The position numbers and the translations under genes are program-made. From assembly GCA_944373095.1 (NCBI GenBank), contig CALWAK010000003.1, positions 1 through 48,094 of the forward strand: DNA of 48,094 bases, given 5' to 3'. This stretch comes from an uncultured Bacilli bacterium (GTDB lineage: Bacteria; Bacillota_I; Bacilli_A; RF39; UBA660). Shown here in pieces: positions 10,099 through 20,114 of the stretch; the first letter of the stretch is position 1, and every line of letters starts with the position of its first letter. Under the pieces are notes generated by a model. That model did no database searches and was not told the origin of the DNA. It saw only the letters and a list, made by a program, of their open reading frames with translations.

Positions 10099-10627
10099 AC
10101 ATTGTCATTTAACTAAAGAAGTTTATAAAAAATTATTTAATAAAGAGGATTTAACTTTAAAAAAAGCATTAAAGCAACCGGGACAATTTGCAGCTGAAGA
10201 GGTAATAACTATTGAGGGACCTAAAAATAAAATTGAAAAAGTTAGAGTGTTGGGACCTTTAAGAAGTTATACTCAAGTTGAAGTTTCTAAAAGTGATGCT
10301 TATAAATTAGGCGTTAATCCTCCAGTTAGAAATAGTGGAGAAATAGATGGCGCAGCTGAGGTAACTTTAATTGGACCAGAAGGTAGTGTTACTTTAAATT
10401 GCTGTATATTAGCAAATCGCCATATTCATATTACTGAAGAAGAGGCTAAAAGCTTAAATATTAAAGATAAACAAAAGGTAAAAATTTATGTAAATAATGA
10501 TAAGGGTGGAGTAATGGAAGGATGCTTTAAAGTATCTAAAGAAGCTTATAAAGAATTACATATTGATATCGATGATGCGAATGCTTTTCTATTAAACCAA
10601 GATGATATGGTAGAAATCGAATATTAA
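10070..10627 (+). CDS. pduL: Phosphate propanoyl/acetyl-transferase PduL
   Basis: VGVSNRHCHL, QPGQFA, VRVLGP, NRHIH, LHIDIDDANA. Confidence 0.93.
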   Translation: MKIEVGVSNRHCHLTKEVYKKLFNKEDLTLKKALKQPGQFAAEEVITIEGPKNKIEKVRVLGPLRSYTQVEVSKSDAYKLGVNPPVRNSGEIDGAAEVTLIGPEGSVTLNCCILANRHIHITEEEAKSLNIKDKQKVKIYVNNDKGGVMEGCFKVSKEAYKELHIDIDDANAFLLNQDDMVEIEY

Positions 10628-10653
10628 AAGTTCTATTAAAAGTAGAACTTTTT
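10626..10653 (+). terminator. Intrinsic terminator
   Basis: AAAAGTTCTA...TAGAACTTTTT. Confidence 0.75.
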
Positions 10654-10654
10654 A

Positions 10655-10683
10655 TTGTAAACATAAAGAATTTTTGATACAAT
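10655..10683 (+). promoter_or_regulatory. Sigma-A promoter of rpsB-tsf
   Basis: TTGTAA-17 bp-TACAAT with TG extension. Confidence 0.65.
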
Positions 10684-10707
10684 AGCAGTGGCTTTAAAAA
10701 CCAAATA

Positions 10708-10775
10708 TTCATATATATCTAGAGGAAATCCGAGTGCCGAAGAGGTGGCTTTTCTTGTTTTAACGATATATAGAA
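10708..10775 (+). promoter_or_regulatory. Putative rpsB (S2) leader RNA
   Basis: GC-enriched 5' UTR with outer pairing TATATATC/GATATATA and a central GAGTGCCG element, at the position where S2 autoregulatory leaders occur. Confidence 0.55.
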
Positions 10776-10798
10776 GTTAAACGAAGGAGGGATTTTTA

Positions 10799-11695
10799 AT
10801 GGCTGTAGTTTCTATTAGTAATTTATTAGAAGCTGGGGTTCATTTTGGTCATCAGACTAAAAGATGGAATCCAAAAATGAAGGAGTATATCTTCACAACA
10901 AGAGATGATATTTATATCATTGATTTACAAAAAACTGTAAGTTGTATGGAAAAGGCTTACGAAAAAATTAGTGAGATTGCTAAAAATGGAGGTACTTTCT
11001 TATTTGTTGGTACTAAAAAACAAGCTCAAGAAGCATCTATTGAATGTGCAACACGTTCTAAATCTTATTATGTAATTGAAAGATGGTTAGGTGGAACATT
11101 AACTAATTTTAGAACAATAAGAAGAAGAGTTAAACGTTTAGAAGAAATTGAAAAGATGGAAGAAAATGGTACATTTGATGTACTACCTAAAAAAGAAGTT
11201 ATTCAAATAAAGAAAGAATATGAAAAATTAAATAAATTACTTGGTGGTATTAGAGAAATGAATAAATTACCACAAGCAATGATTATAGTTGATCCTAAAA
11301 AAGAATATAATGCTATAAGAGAAGCAAGAAAGTTAAATATTCCTGTATTTGGTATCGTTGATACTAACTGTGATCCAGATGATGTTGATTATGTAATTCC
11401 AGGAAATGATGATGCTGTTCGTGCTGTAAAAGTAGTTTTAGGAGCTTTAACAAACGCTATTTGTGAAGCAAATGGATTAGAAGTAGTTGACTATGTAACT
11501 GAAGAAGCTCCAAAAGCTAAAAAAGTTGATTCTGAAGAAGAAAAAACTGAAAATAAAGAATTAGAAGCAATGCGCAAAGAAGATGAATTAGAATCTAAAA
11601 CATTAAATGAATTAAAAGGACTTGCTAAATCTAAGAAAATTAAAGGTTATTCTTCAATGAAAAGAAATGACTTAATTGAAGCATTAAAAGACTAA
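10799..11695 (+). CDS. rpsB: 30S ribosomal protein S2 with C-terminal Rho_N-like domain
   Basis: [41 protein letters not shown]. Confidence 0.99.
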   Translation: MAVVSISNLLEAGVHFGHQTKRWNPKMKEYIFTTRDDIYIIDLQKTVSCMEKAYEKISEIAKNGGTFLFVGTKKQAQEASIECATRSKSYYVIERWLGGTLTNFRTIRRRVKRLEEIEKMEENGTFDVLPKKEVIQIKKEYEKLNKLLGGIREMNKLPQAMIIVDPKKEYNAIREARKLNIPVFGIVDTNCDPDDVDYVIPGNDDAVRAVKVVLGALTNAICEANGLEVVDYVTEEAPKAKKVDSEEEKTENKELEAMRKEDELESKTLNELKGLAKSKKIKGYSSMKRNDLIEALKD

Positions 11696-11712
11696 TATAG
11701 GAGGATTTTATT

Positions 11713-12588
11713 ATGAATGCAAGCTTAGTAAAAGAATTAAGAGAAGCTACTGGGGCAGGAATGTTAGATTGCAAACATGCTCTAGAAGCTACTAATGGTA
11801 ATATTGATGAAGCTATGAAATGGCTTAGAGAAAAAGGCATTTCAAAAGCTGTAAAAAAAGAATCTAGAATTGCTGCTGAAGGATTAGCTAATGTTTATGT
11901 TGATGGTAATAAAGCTGTTATTTTAGAAATTAATTCTGAAACTGATTTTGTTAGTAAAAATGAAGAGTTTAAAAATATGGTAGATGTTATTGGTAAAGCT
12001 ATTTTAAATAGCGATGCTAAAACATTAGATGAGGCAAATAAACTTACTGTAGAAGATGGTACAGTTGCTGATTATATTATTTCTAAAACAGCTAAAATTG
12101 GCGAAAAATTATCTTTCCGTAGATTTGAAGTTGTTGAAAAAAATGATGATGAAGCATTTGGCTATTATCTACATATGGGTGGAAAAATTGCTGCTATTGC
12201 AACACTTTCTGGTGCAAACGCTGAGGTTGCTAAAGATGTAGCAATGCAAGCTGCTGCTATGAAACCAAAATATGTTTTTGAATCTGATGTTCCAGAAACT
12301 GAAGTTGAGGAAGAAAAAGAACGTATTAAAAATGATGCAATTAAAGAAGGAAAACCTGCTGATATTGCTGAAAAAATGGTTGCAGGTCGCTTAAAGAAAT
12401 ATTTCAAAGAAATTTGCTTAGAAGATCAAGAATTTATTAAAGATAGCGATGTAGATGTTAAAACATACGTTAAAAATAATGGCGGTAGCATTGTAAATGT
12501 AATTTACTATGCTGTAGGTGAAGGCCTTCAAAAGAAAGAAGAAAACTTTGCTGAAGAAGTTATGAATCAAGTAAGTTCTGCAAAATAA
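11713..12588 (+). CDS. tsf: Elongation factor Ts
   Basis: VKELREATGAGMLDCK, EINSETDFV. Confidence 0.99.
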   Translation: MNASLVKELREATGAGMLDCKHALEATNGNIDEAMKWLREKGISKAVKKESRIAAEGLANVYVDGNKAVILEINSETDFVSKNEEFKNMVDVIGKAILNSDAKTLDEANKLTVEDGTVADYIISKTAKIGEKLSFRRFEVVEKNDDEAFGYYLHMGGKIAAIATLSGANAEVAKDVAMQAAAMKPKYVFESDVPETEVEEEKERIKNDAIKEGKPADIAEKMVAGRLKKYFKEICLEDQEFIKDSDVDVKTYVKNNGGSIVNVIYYAVGEGLQKKEENFAEEVMNQVSSAK

Positions 12589-12620
12589 AAAATGGTGAAT
12601 ATTTTCATCATTTTTTTATT
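12587..12620 (+). terminator. Intrinsic terminator
   Basis: AAAAATGGTGAA...TTCATCATTTTTTT. Confidence 0.7.
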
Positions 12621-12856
12621 TTCCTAAACCTTAAGGCATACTAAAGATGGATTTATCATTCTTTTTCATTTAATGGCAAAGTTGTAATCTTATTTACCTA
12701 TTATATTTTTTTAGTATTGTTAAAAATAAATCATTATAGTATTGCTTTATTTTTAAATTAAGTATTTTTTTAGATAAATTATAAAATTTTGTAATTCATT
12801 TATTAGCTTATGTTATATATAAAAATATATGTTTTATAGTTGGTTTTATTAATTAC

Positions 12857-12885
12857 TTGACATATTTCTGGTTTTAATTTAAAAT
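12857..12885 (+). promoter_or_regulatory. Sigma-A promoter
   Basis: TTGACA-17 bp-TAAAAT, upstream of RBS AAGGGGGA and ATG 12911. Confidence 0.75.
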
Positions 12886-12910
12886 TTATACCAATACAAG
12901 GGGGACAATC

Positions 12911-13804
12911 ATGAGTAATGCTAGTAGTAAAGTGTTTATAGAATTAAATCGTGAGAAGTATTTATCTATTTTAAAAAATGAGGATAAAGTAAAACAAAAA
13001 CTTATGAATAGTAATATTTATAATACTTATAAATTATTAATATTAAAATAGGCTATGTTAATAAGAAATTTAGCTGGTAATGATTCCAAAATTTCAACTT
13101 ATTTTGCAATATATTATTATTTATTATGGAATGGATTATTATCGAATAATAATAAATTTATATATAGTGAACATATCGAATCAGAACCACTTGATAAACT
13201 TTCAGGGTTTACTATAATTTTAGGTGGTGGGGTATGTAGAAATATTGCTAGTCATTTTACAGAGTTATTGAGGGAACTAGAACCATGTGCCAAATATTTA
13301 ACAATAGGAACCTATGTTGATAATAATGATATTATTGCATTACCAAAAAATGAATTTATTGCTAGAAATATTTCTTATTCAAACGTGACTTCTTGTGAAG
13401 ATGTTATTAATAAACCTTTACTAAATCATGCCGAAACTTTTGTATCTTCCAATGGTTTTTATATTTTTGATCCTACTAGTTTTAGAATTAATGAGCTAAT
13501 AATCGATAAAAATAATAGTGATAATAGATTTTATGATATGAGAGTTCCAGCTTTATTTGATTTTAAACATTACTCTGGTACACCTGAAGAAATTTTAACT
13601 AAAATGGAAAAAGCAATCGAGTTGCTTTATATGACAAAAAAAGTTCCTTTTTCCGCTGAAGAACTTTTAAAAATAAGAACTTGTGGAATTAGTCATTGTG
13701 TTGATAATAATGAGTTAATCAACCACTTTAGAAAAGATACAAGTGAATTACGAGCTTATTTAGAAGCAGAGAAGACTAAAGTTTTAACTAAAAAATACAT
13801 TTAA
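12911..13804 (+). pseudogene. Transglutaminase-like (Cys-His-Asp) protein interrupted by an in-frame TAG at 13049-13051
   Basis: ATG 12911 with RBS reads 46 codons to TAG, then the same frame continues into ORF 13055..13804. Motifs GVCRNIA, NHA, IFDPT. Confidence 0.7.
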
Positions 13805-13893
13805 TTATTTGAAGTTAGAATTATTTTAAATTACTAATAAAAATGGATTGTTTAAATCAAAAAAAATAAGATAAATATTAAAACATTTTAATA

Positions 13894-14262
13894 CTAATTA
13901 TGTTGGGAACTATTTTTTTCTAAAAGATTAGCAGCTGCCGAAGAATAAGCCCTAATTAAACCACCAGCACCTAGTTTTACACCGCCAAAATATCTTATTA
14001 CAATAATAAGTATATTATTTAAATTATTTCTTTCAATAATATTATATATAGGTAAGCCAGCAGTTCCACTTGGCTCTTTATCATCACTTTTTTTAGCTGT
14101 ATTATTAAGTTTATAAGCATAAGGAAAATGTCTTGCTTTCTTATGTTCTTTTTTTAATGCTTCTAATACATTATTGACATCTTCTTTAGAAGATATTTCG
14201 TACATTAAAGAAATAAATCGTGATTTTTTAATAATTATTTCATTTTGATTAATAAGTTTCAT
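13894..14262 (-). CDS. YigZ/IMPACT-family protein (N-terminal domain only)
   Basis: IKKSRFI, SDDKEPSGTAG, RYFGGVKLGAGGLIRAY; start moved to the ATG after RBS GGTG. Confidence 0.93.
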   Translation of the reverse strand: MKLINQNEIIIKKSRFISLMYEISSKEDVNNVLEALKKEHKKARHFPYAYKLNNTAKKSDDKEPSGTAGLPIYNIIERNNLNNILIIVIRYFGGVKLGAGGLIRAYSSAAANLLEKNSSQHN

Positions 14263-14334
14263 TTTAAACACCAAAATAATTATAGCAAAATAATTAAAAA
14301 TACTCTATAATTTAATTAGTAAGGGGTTGATAAA

Positions 14335-16101
14335 ATGCTACCTATTATAAAAGAAAAATTATCTTTAGTACCAAATTTGCCAGGTTCATATCAAATGTTA
14401 GATGAAAATGGTACAATAATTTATGTTGGTAAAGCAAAAAATTTACATAGAAGATTATCATCTTATTTTAATCGAACTCAATTTGGCAAAACTAAACGTT
14501 TAGTTGAAGATATAAGAGATTTTACATATATTATTGCGACAAGTGAAACAGAGGCTTTTTTAATAGAGATTAATTTAATAAAGAAATATGATCCTAAATA
14601 TAATATTATGCTTCGTGATGATAAGAGTTATCCTTATATTGAATATATTTCTAAACCTTATCCTAAGTTAAAAATATCAAGATATTTAAATATTAAGAAA
14701 AAAGATAGCAAACTTTTATTTGGACCTTATCCAAATGCATATGCAGCACGAAGAATAGTTAATTTATTAAATAGATTATATCCGTTAAAAAAATGTGAAG
14801 GTAATCCTAAGGAAGTATGTTTATACTATCATATTGGTGAATGTTTAGGTTATTGTTCTAAAATACTTGATACTGATAAAGTTAAACAGATGGAAGATGA
14901 AATACTTAGTTTTTTAAGAGGAAATGATAAAGTTTTAAAAGCTAAGATTATGGAAAAAATTAATATATATAGTAAAAATTTGAATTTTGAGATGGCTTTA
15001 GAATTAAAACAGGAATTAGAATATATTGATTATATAATTGAAAAACAAAAAGTTGAATTACATGATTTAGTTAATCGTGATTGTATTGGTTATTATATTA
15101 AAGATGGATATGCTTCAATAAATATATTTTATCTAAGAAATGGTAAACTTGTAGGTAGTAAAAATGAAATATTTAGTGTTACTGATGAATTAGAAGAATT
15201 AGAATATTATATTGCATCTTTTTATTTAAGACATGAAATACCAAAAGAAATAATTGTTAGTGATGAATTAAATATAGATTTACTTAGTAGTACAGTTAAT
15301 ACAAAGTTTGTTACTCCTAAAAAAGGAATAAAAAAAGAACTTTTAAAAATGGCTATTATGAATGCTAAAATAAATTATGAGAATGAAATAAAATTAATTT
15401 TAAAAGATACTAAAAGAACTAGTGGTGCTAATGATGAATTAGCGCGTCTTCTAAATATTCCTTCTTTAGTAAGAATTGATATATTTGATAATTCAAATCT
15501 TTTTGGGGAATATTGTGTTAGTGGTATGGTTGTTTTTTATAATGGAATACCTAAGAAAAACGAATATCGTAAATATAAAATAAGTTTAGGAAAAAATGAT
15601 GATTATCATACGATGCAAGAAGTTATTTATAGAAGATATTATAGAGCTTTAGTAGATAAAACTAAGTTACCAGAATTAATTATAGTTGACGGTGGTAATA
15701 CACAAATTAAAGCTGCCAAAGAAGTATTAAATAGTTTAAATCTTAATATTAGAGTAGTTGGCTTAAAAAAGGATGATCATCATCGCACTAATATGTTAGT
15801 TGATGAAAATTTAAATATTATTAAAATAGATCCAACAAGTGACTTATTTCATTATTTAACAAGAATGCAAGATGAAGTCCATCGTTTTACAATAAATTAC
15901 CATCGTCAAATTAGATCTACTGGCTCATTAGAAAGTGTTTTAAAAAATATTGAGGGTATTGGGGAAAAAAGAAGAAAACTATTAATTAAAAAATTTGGTA
16001 GTATAACTAAGATAAAAGATGCTTCACTAGATGAATTAGAAGACATATTACCTAAAGATATAGCTATAAATTTAAAAGATTATCTTATAAAGAGGAATTA
16101 A
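14335..16101 (+). CDS. uvrC: Excinuclease ABC subunit C
   Basis: GIY-YIG (IYVGKAKNL), PKYNIMLRDDKSYPY, FDNSN, VDGG, RMQDEVHRF, C-terminal HhH. Confidence 0.98.
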   Translation: MLPIIKEKLSLVPNLPGSYQMLDENGTIIYVGKAKNLHRRLSSYFNRTQFGKTKRLVEDIRDFTYIIATSETEAFLIEINLIKKYDPKYNIMLRDDKSYPYIEYISKPYPKLKISRYLNIKKKDSKLLFGPYPNAYAARRIVNLLNRLYPLKKCEGNPKEVCLYYHIGECLGYCSKILDTDKVKQMEDEILSFLRGNDKVLKAKIMEKINIYSKNLNFEMALELKQELEYIDYIIEKQKVELHDLVNRDCIGYYIKDGYASINIFYLRNGKLVGSKNEIFSVTDELEELEYYIASFYLRHEIPKEIIVSDELNIDLLSSTVNTKFVTPKKGIKKELLKMAIMNAKINYENEIKLILKDTKRTSGANDELARLLNIPSLVRIDIFDNSNLFGEYCVSGMVVFYNGIPKKNEYRKYKISLGKNDDYHTMQEVIYRRYYRALVDKTKLPELIIVDGGNTQIKAAKEVLNSLNLNIRVVGLKKDDHHRTNMLVDENLNIIKIDPTSDLFHYLTRMQDEVHRFTINYHRQIRSTGSLESVLKNIEGIGEKRRKLLIKKFGSITKIKDASLDELEDILPKDIAINLKDYLIKRN

Positions 16102-16102
16102 T

Positions 16103-17095
16103 ATGAAGTTAATTAATATAAAAAAAGAGTTAGATTTAAAAAAAGTAGAAAATTATAAAGAGATATTAGACCCCACTTATATTTATTTACCTATAAATAT
16201 AAATAAAAGTAAAGTTTATAAGGGAGAAATTATAGGAAATTATACAATAAGTATTTCTGGAAAAGTAAATAATAATATTATAGAAAATGATTTTATGGAA
16301 GATATAAAACCTTTAGATCAAGATTTTATTAATAAATATTTTTCTAAATATAATGATATAGCTAATAAAGATATGATTTATATTAATGCTATTGATAAAG
16401 ATCCATACTGCTATAATAGATATTATATTTTAAAAAATAATATGGATATAATAAATGATGCAATAGAATATATTTTAGATAAGTTTAATATAAAAAAAGC
16501 TACTATTGTTTTAACTTCAAGTTTAGCAGAATTTATAAGTAAACTTAAAGCTTCTACTACTTATAATAATATTATTTTTAAAGTAGTTGATGATTTATAT
16601 CCTATAGGGTTTAATAAAGTATTAAAGGATAAATTAAATATAGAAAATGAAAAATTAATTATAAATATTGAAGAATTATTAGATGTATATAGTTTAATTA
16701 AAAAAAAGATATTTAATACTGAAAAGTATATAACTATAAATGGTGATTTAATAAAAAAGCCAATAGTATTAAAAGTTAAACTATATACTAAATTAAATGA
16801 TTATTTAAAATTTCTTTCAGTTACTAGTAAAGATTCTATTATAATAAATAATAGTTTATGTGGTAAGTTAGTTACTAGTGAATATATAGTTACTAGAGAT
16901 GCTGATTTATTTATCATAGTTAAGTTAAAAAAGGATAATGTAGATTTATGTAATAATTGTGGTTTATGTTACCGTGTTTGTCCAGTTATGATTAATCCTT
17001 TAAAGAAGAGTTCTAAATGTATTAAATGTGGATTATGTAATTATATATGTCCATCAAAAATTAATTGTTTAAAGGTAGGGAATAATAATGAATAG
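16103..17095 (+). CDS. Divergent RnfC-like protein with C-terminal 4Fe-4S dicluster
   Basis: CNNCGLCYRVCP and CIKCGLCNYICPSKI; SISGKV, YPIG and KYITINGD resemble RnfC. Confidence 0.7.
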   Translation: MKLINIKKELDLKKVENYKEILDPTYIYLPININKSKVYKGEIIGNYTISISGKVNNNIIENDFMEDIKPLDQDFINKYFSKYNDIANKDMIYINAIDKDPYCYNRYYILKNNMDIINDAIEYILDKFNIKKATIVLTSSLAEFISKLKASTTYNNIIFKVVDDLYPIGFNKVLKDKLNIENEKLIINIEELLDVYSLIKKKIFNTEKYITINGDLIKKPIVLKVKLYTKLNDYLKFLSVTSKDSIIINNSLCGKLVTSEYIVTRDADLFIIVKLKKDNVDLCNNCGLCYRVCPVMINPLKKSSKCIKCGLCNYICPSKINCLKVGNNNE

Positions 17096-17999
17096 TTATT
17101 TAAAATCTAAAATAAATAATAAAATTATAAAATCTATTTATTTTATTAGTTTAATACCAATCATTTTATATGCTACATATAAAAATGGATATATACCATA
17201 TTCTAAACATTTATGTTCTTTTAGTTATTTTATAAAACCTTTAATATTAAGTTTATTAAGTTATGTATTTGCTATATTATGGGAATATATATATTATAAT
17301 TTAATAAAAAAAGATAAAGATTATCTGATAAAGATGAAAAATAGTTATACTTCTTTATATAGTATTTTATTTTCTTTAATAGTACCTATAAATGTCAATT
17401 ATTTTATATATATATTAATTAATTTTATTTTACTTGTTATGCTTACTTGTTTTAAAAAAATTAGAATAAATTATATTGTATTATGTCGCATTTTATTAGT
17501 AGGTATATTAGTTATACTTGGAAAATATTCATACAACAATGTATTTGAAAATAATGTTTTAACTAGCTACACTACATTTGATATATTTTTTGGTCATGCT
17601 ATTACTTCAATTGGAGCATCTAGTACATTTTTGATTTTATTAGTTTACTTAGGATTATTAATCATACCAAGTTATAAAAAAAATATTTTATTAGAAATAA
17701 TTGGAACTTATTTAATAGTTATTTTAATATTTAGTATATTTGGTTATAATATTAAAGAAGAAATCAAGTTAATGTTAAGCAATGAAATCTTTTTTGCATC
17801 TTGTTTTGTTGCTAGTATATCTTTATTTAGTCCAATAACTATAAAAATGGAAATTTTATATTCTACTTTAATTGGTATTATTGGTTTTGTTTTATGTAAA
17901 TTTAATATTCATGAAGGAATTTATTTAAGTATTTTAATTAGTAATGTAATTTATCTTATTATAGATAAGATAGGTAATTTAAAAGTTAGCAATAAATAA
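17088..17999 (+). CDS. Divergent RnfD-like membrane protein
   Basis: Multiple TM helices; DIFFG...SIGASS resembles the RnfD lflG..gsiGetS motif; overlaps the RnfC-like gene. Confidence 0.65.
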   Translation: MNSYLKSKINNKIIKSIYFISLIPIILYATYKNGYIPYSKHLCSFSYFIKPLILSLLSYVFAILWEYIYYNLIKKDKDYLIKMKNSYTSLYSILFSLIVPINVNYFIYILINFILLVMLTCFKKIRINYIVLCRILLVGILVILGKYSYNNVFENNVLTSYTTFDIFFGHAITSIGASSTFLILLVYLGLLIIPSYKKNILLEIIGTYLIVILIFSIFGYNIKEEIKLMLSNEIFFASCFVASISLFSPITIKMEILYSTLIGIIGFVLCKFNIHEGIYLSILISNVIYLIIDKIGNLKVSNK

Positions 18000-18013
18000 T
18001 TGCTAATTTTTTT
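17981..18013 (+). terminator. Intrinsic terminator
   Basis: AAAGTTAGCAAT...ATTGCTAATTTTTT. Confidence 0.65.
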
Positions 18014-18071
18014 GTTTGATAAAAAGGAAAATATATATGTATAGATAATAATTATAATAGAGGGAGTAAAA

Positions 18072-20114
18072 ATGAATAAAAGATTGGTTACAATACAAGA
18101 AGATTTAAAAGATTGTGGTGCAGCTTGCTTGCAATCAATTATTAAATATTATAATGGATATATATCCATGGAAAAAATTAGACAAGATACTTGTATAAGT
18201 AAAGATGGTATTACAGCATATAATCTTGTTTTAGCTGCTAAAAAATATGGTTTTCAATCGTATGGGTTAAAATTAGAACTCTCCAAATTAGATTCCATTC
18301 CAACCCCTTTTATAGCCCATTTTGATTATAATAAAAAGAGAACTCATTATGTTGTAGTATATAAAATAAATAAAACTAATTTAATTATAATGGACCCATC
18401 TATAGGAATGAAGAAAATTTCTTTAAATGAGTTTACAAGTATTTGGACTAATATTTGTATTGTAATGTATCCTATAAGTAGTATTATTAATGAAAAATAT
18501 GATAACACTTTATTTAATATTTTTTGGGAATTTATTAATAAAAAAAGAAATTTAATTATAAATAGTTTAATTGTTAGTATAATATTAAATTTATTATTAA
18601 TATTAAATAGTTTTTATACTAAAGTAGTTATTAATAGTATAAATAATTATGATAGTTATATTATATATTATATTTTTATATTCTTCTTCATTTCGATCAT
18701 TTTAAAACTAGTTTATAATTATATTAAAGATTATTATATAAATTATTTAAATAAAGATTTAGATGTTTTTCTCATAATTCCATTTATAAAACATATTTTT
18801 AAACTCCCTCTAAACTATTTATCAACTAAAACACCCGGAGAAATTTTAAAAAGAATCGAAGAATTAAATAGCATTAAATTATTGTTTACTGAAATATTTG
18901 TTTTGTTTGTTACTAGTTTAACACAAGTATTTATATCTTTTGTTATTTTATATAAAATTAATAATAATTTAACAATTATGCTAGTTATTATTTTATTAAT
19001 TTATATAATTACATCATTATTTTTTAATAAACCTATTAAGGATAAAATAAATGATAATATTATTAAAGATACTATAGTTAATGAATATTTAGTAGAATAT
19101 ATTAATGGAATAGAAACAATTAAAAATAATAATCCATTATATATTAATAGTAATATAGAAAATAGTATTTGTAATTTATTAAAAAATAATTTAGACTTAA
19201 ATAATTTTTTAAATAAATATAATACTTTTAAAAATAGTATTTATGATATTGGAATATTTATTATAAATACATATGGATTTATTATGATAATGAATAACGA
19301 ATTTAGTTTATTAAATTTAATAACATTTTTAAGTATAGTTAGTTATTTTAGTGAACCAATAAAAAATATGCTAAATATTATTCCTAAATATAATTATATA
19401 AAAAATACATTTAAAAAGATTAGTGAATTTATTAATTTAGAATCAGAAGAAGATTCGGTGAGTACTAATTTTATAAATGGTGATATAAAAATAGAAAATT
19501 TAGTTTTTTCCTATAATAATTATCAATATCCGATTAAAGATTTTAATCTCAACATTAAATGTGGTAATAAGGTTTTAGTATATGGCAAAAGTGGGTGTGG
19601 CAAATCAACAATTTGTAAATTAATTTATAGGCTATTTAATCCTATTAGTGGTTCAATTAAAATAGCAAATATTAATATATCAGATTATAATATTAATACT
19701 ATTAGAGAAAATATTAGTTATATAAGTCAAAATGATGTTTTATTTACGGATACTTTAAGAAACAATATTACTTTAAAAAAAGATATTAATATAAAAAAAT
19801 TAAACGATATTTTAAGAATATGTTGTTTAAATGAATTTATTAATAAATTACCTCTTAGATTAAATACTTTAATTCTTCCTAATGCTAATAATTTATCAGG
19901 AGGTCAAAAGCAAAGAATTATTCTTGCTAGAACTTTAATAAGAAATACAAAGATAATTATTTTAGATGAAGCATTAAGTGAAGTTGACTATAAAACTGAA
20001 GAAAAAATAATACTTAATTTAAAAAAATATTTTAAGGATAATACTATTATTTATGTTAGTCATAAAAAATATAAAAATTTATTTGATAGTGAGATTAATT
20101 TTGATTATGTATGA
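18072..20114 (+). CDS. Peptidase C39-containing ABC transporter (bacteriocin/peptide exporter)
   Basis: QEDLKDCGAACL and HYVV/DP C39 motifs, TM domain, Walker A GKSGCGKST, LSGGQKQR, ILDEA. Confidence 0.96.
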   Translation: MNKRLVTIQEDLKDCGAACLQSIIKYYNGYISMEKIRQDTCISKDGITAYNLVLAAKKYGFQSYGLKLELSKLDSIPTPFIAHFDYNKKRTHYVVVYKINKTNLIIMDPSIGMKKISLNEFTSIWTNICIVMYPISSIINEKYDNTLFNIFWEFINKKRNLIINSLIVSIILNLLLILNSFYTKVVINSINNYDSYIIYYIFIFFFISIILKLVYNYIKDYYINYLNKDLDVFLIIPFIKHIFKLPLNYLSTKTPGEILKRIEELNSIKLLFTEIFVLFVTSLTQVFISFVILYKINNNLTIMLVIILLIYIITSLFFNKPIKDKINDNIIKDTIVNEYLVEYINGIETIKNNNPLYINSNIENSICNLLKNNLDLNNFLNKYNTFKNSIYDIGIFIINTYGFIMIMNNEFSLLNLITFLSIVSYFSEPIKNMLNIIPKYNYIKNTFKKISEFINLESEEDSVSTNFINGDIKIENLVFSYNNYQYPIKDFNLNIKCGNKVLVYGKSGCGKSTICKLIYRLFNPISGSIKIANINISDYNINTIRENISYISQNDVLFTDTLRNNITLKKDINIKKLNDILRICCLNEFINKLPLRLNTLILPNANNLSGGQKQRIILARTLIRNTKIIILDEALSEVDYKTEEKIILNLKKYFKDNTIIYVSHKKYKNLFDSEINFDYV

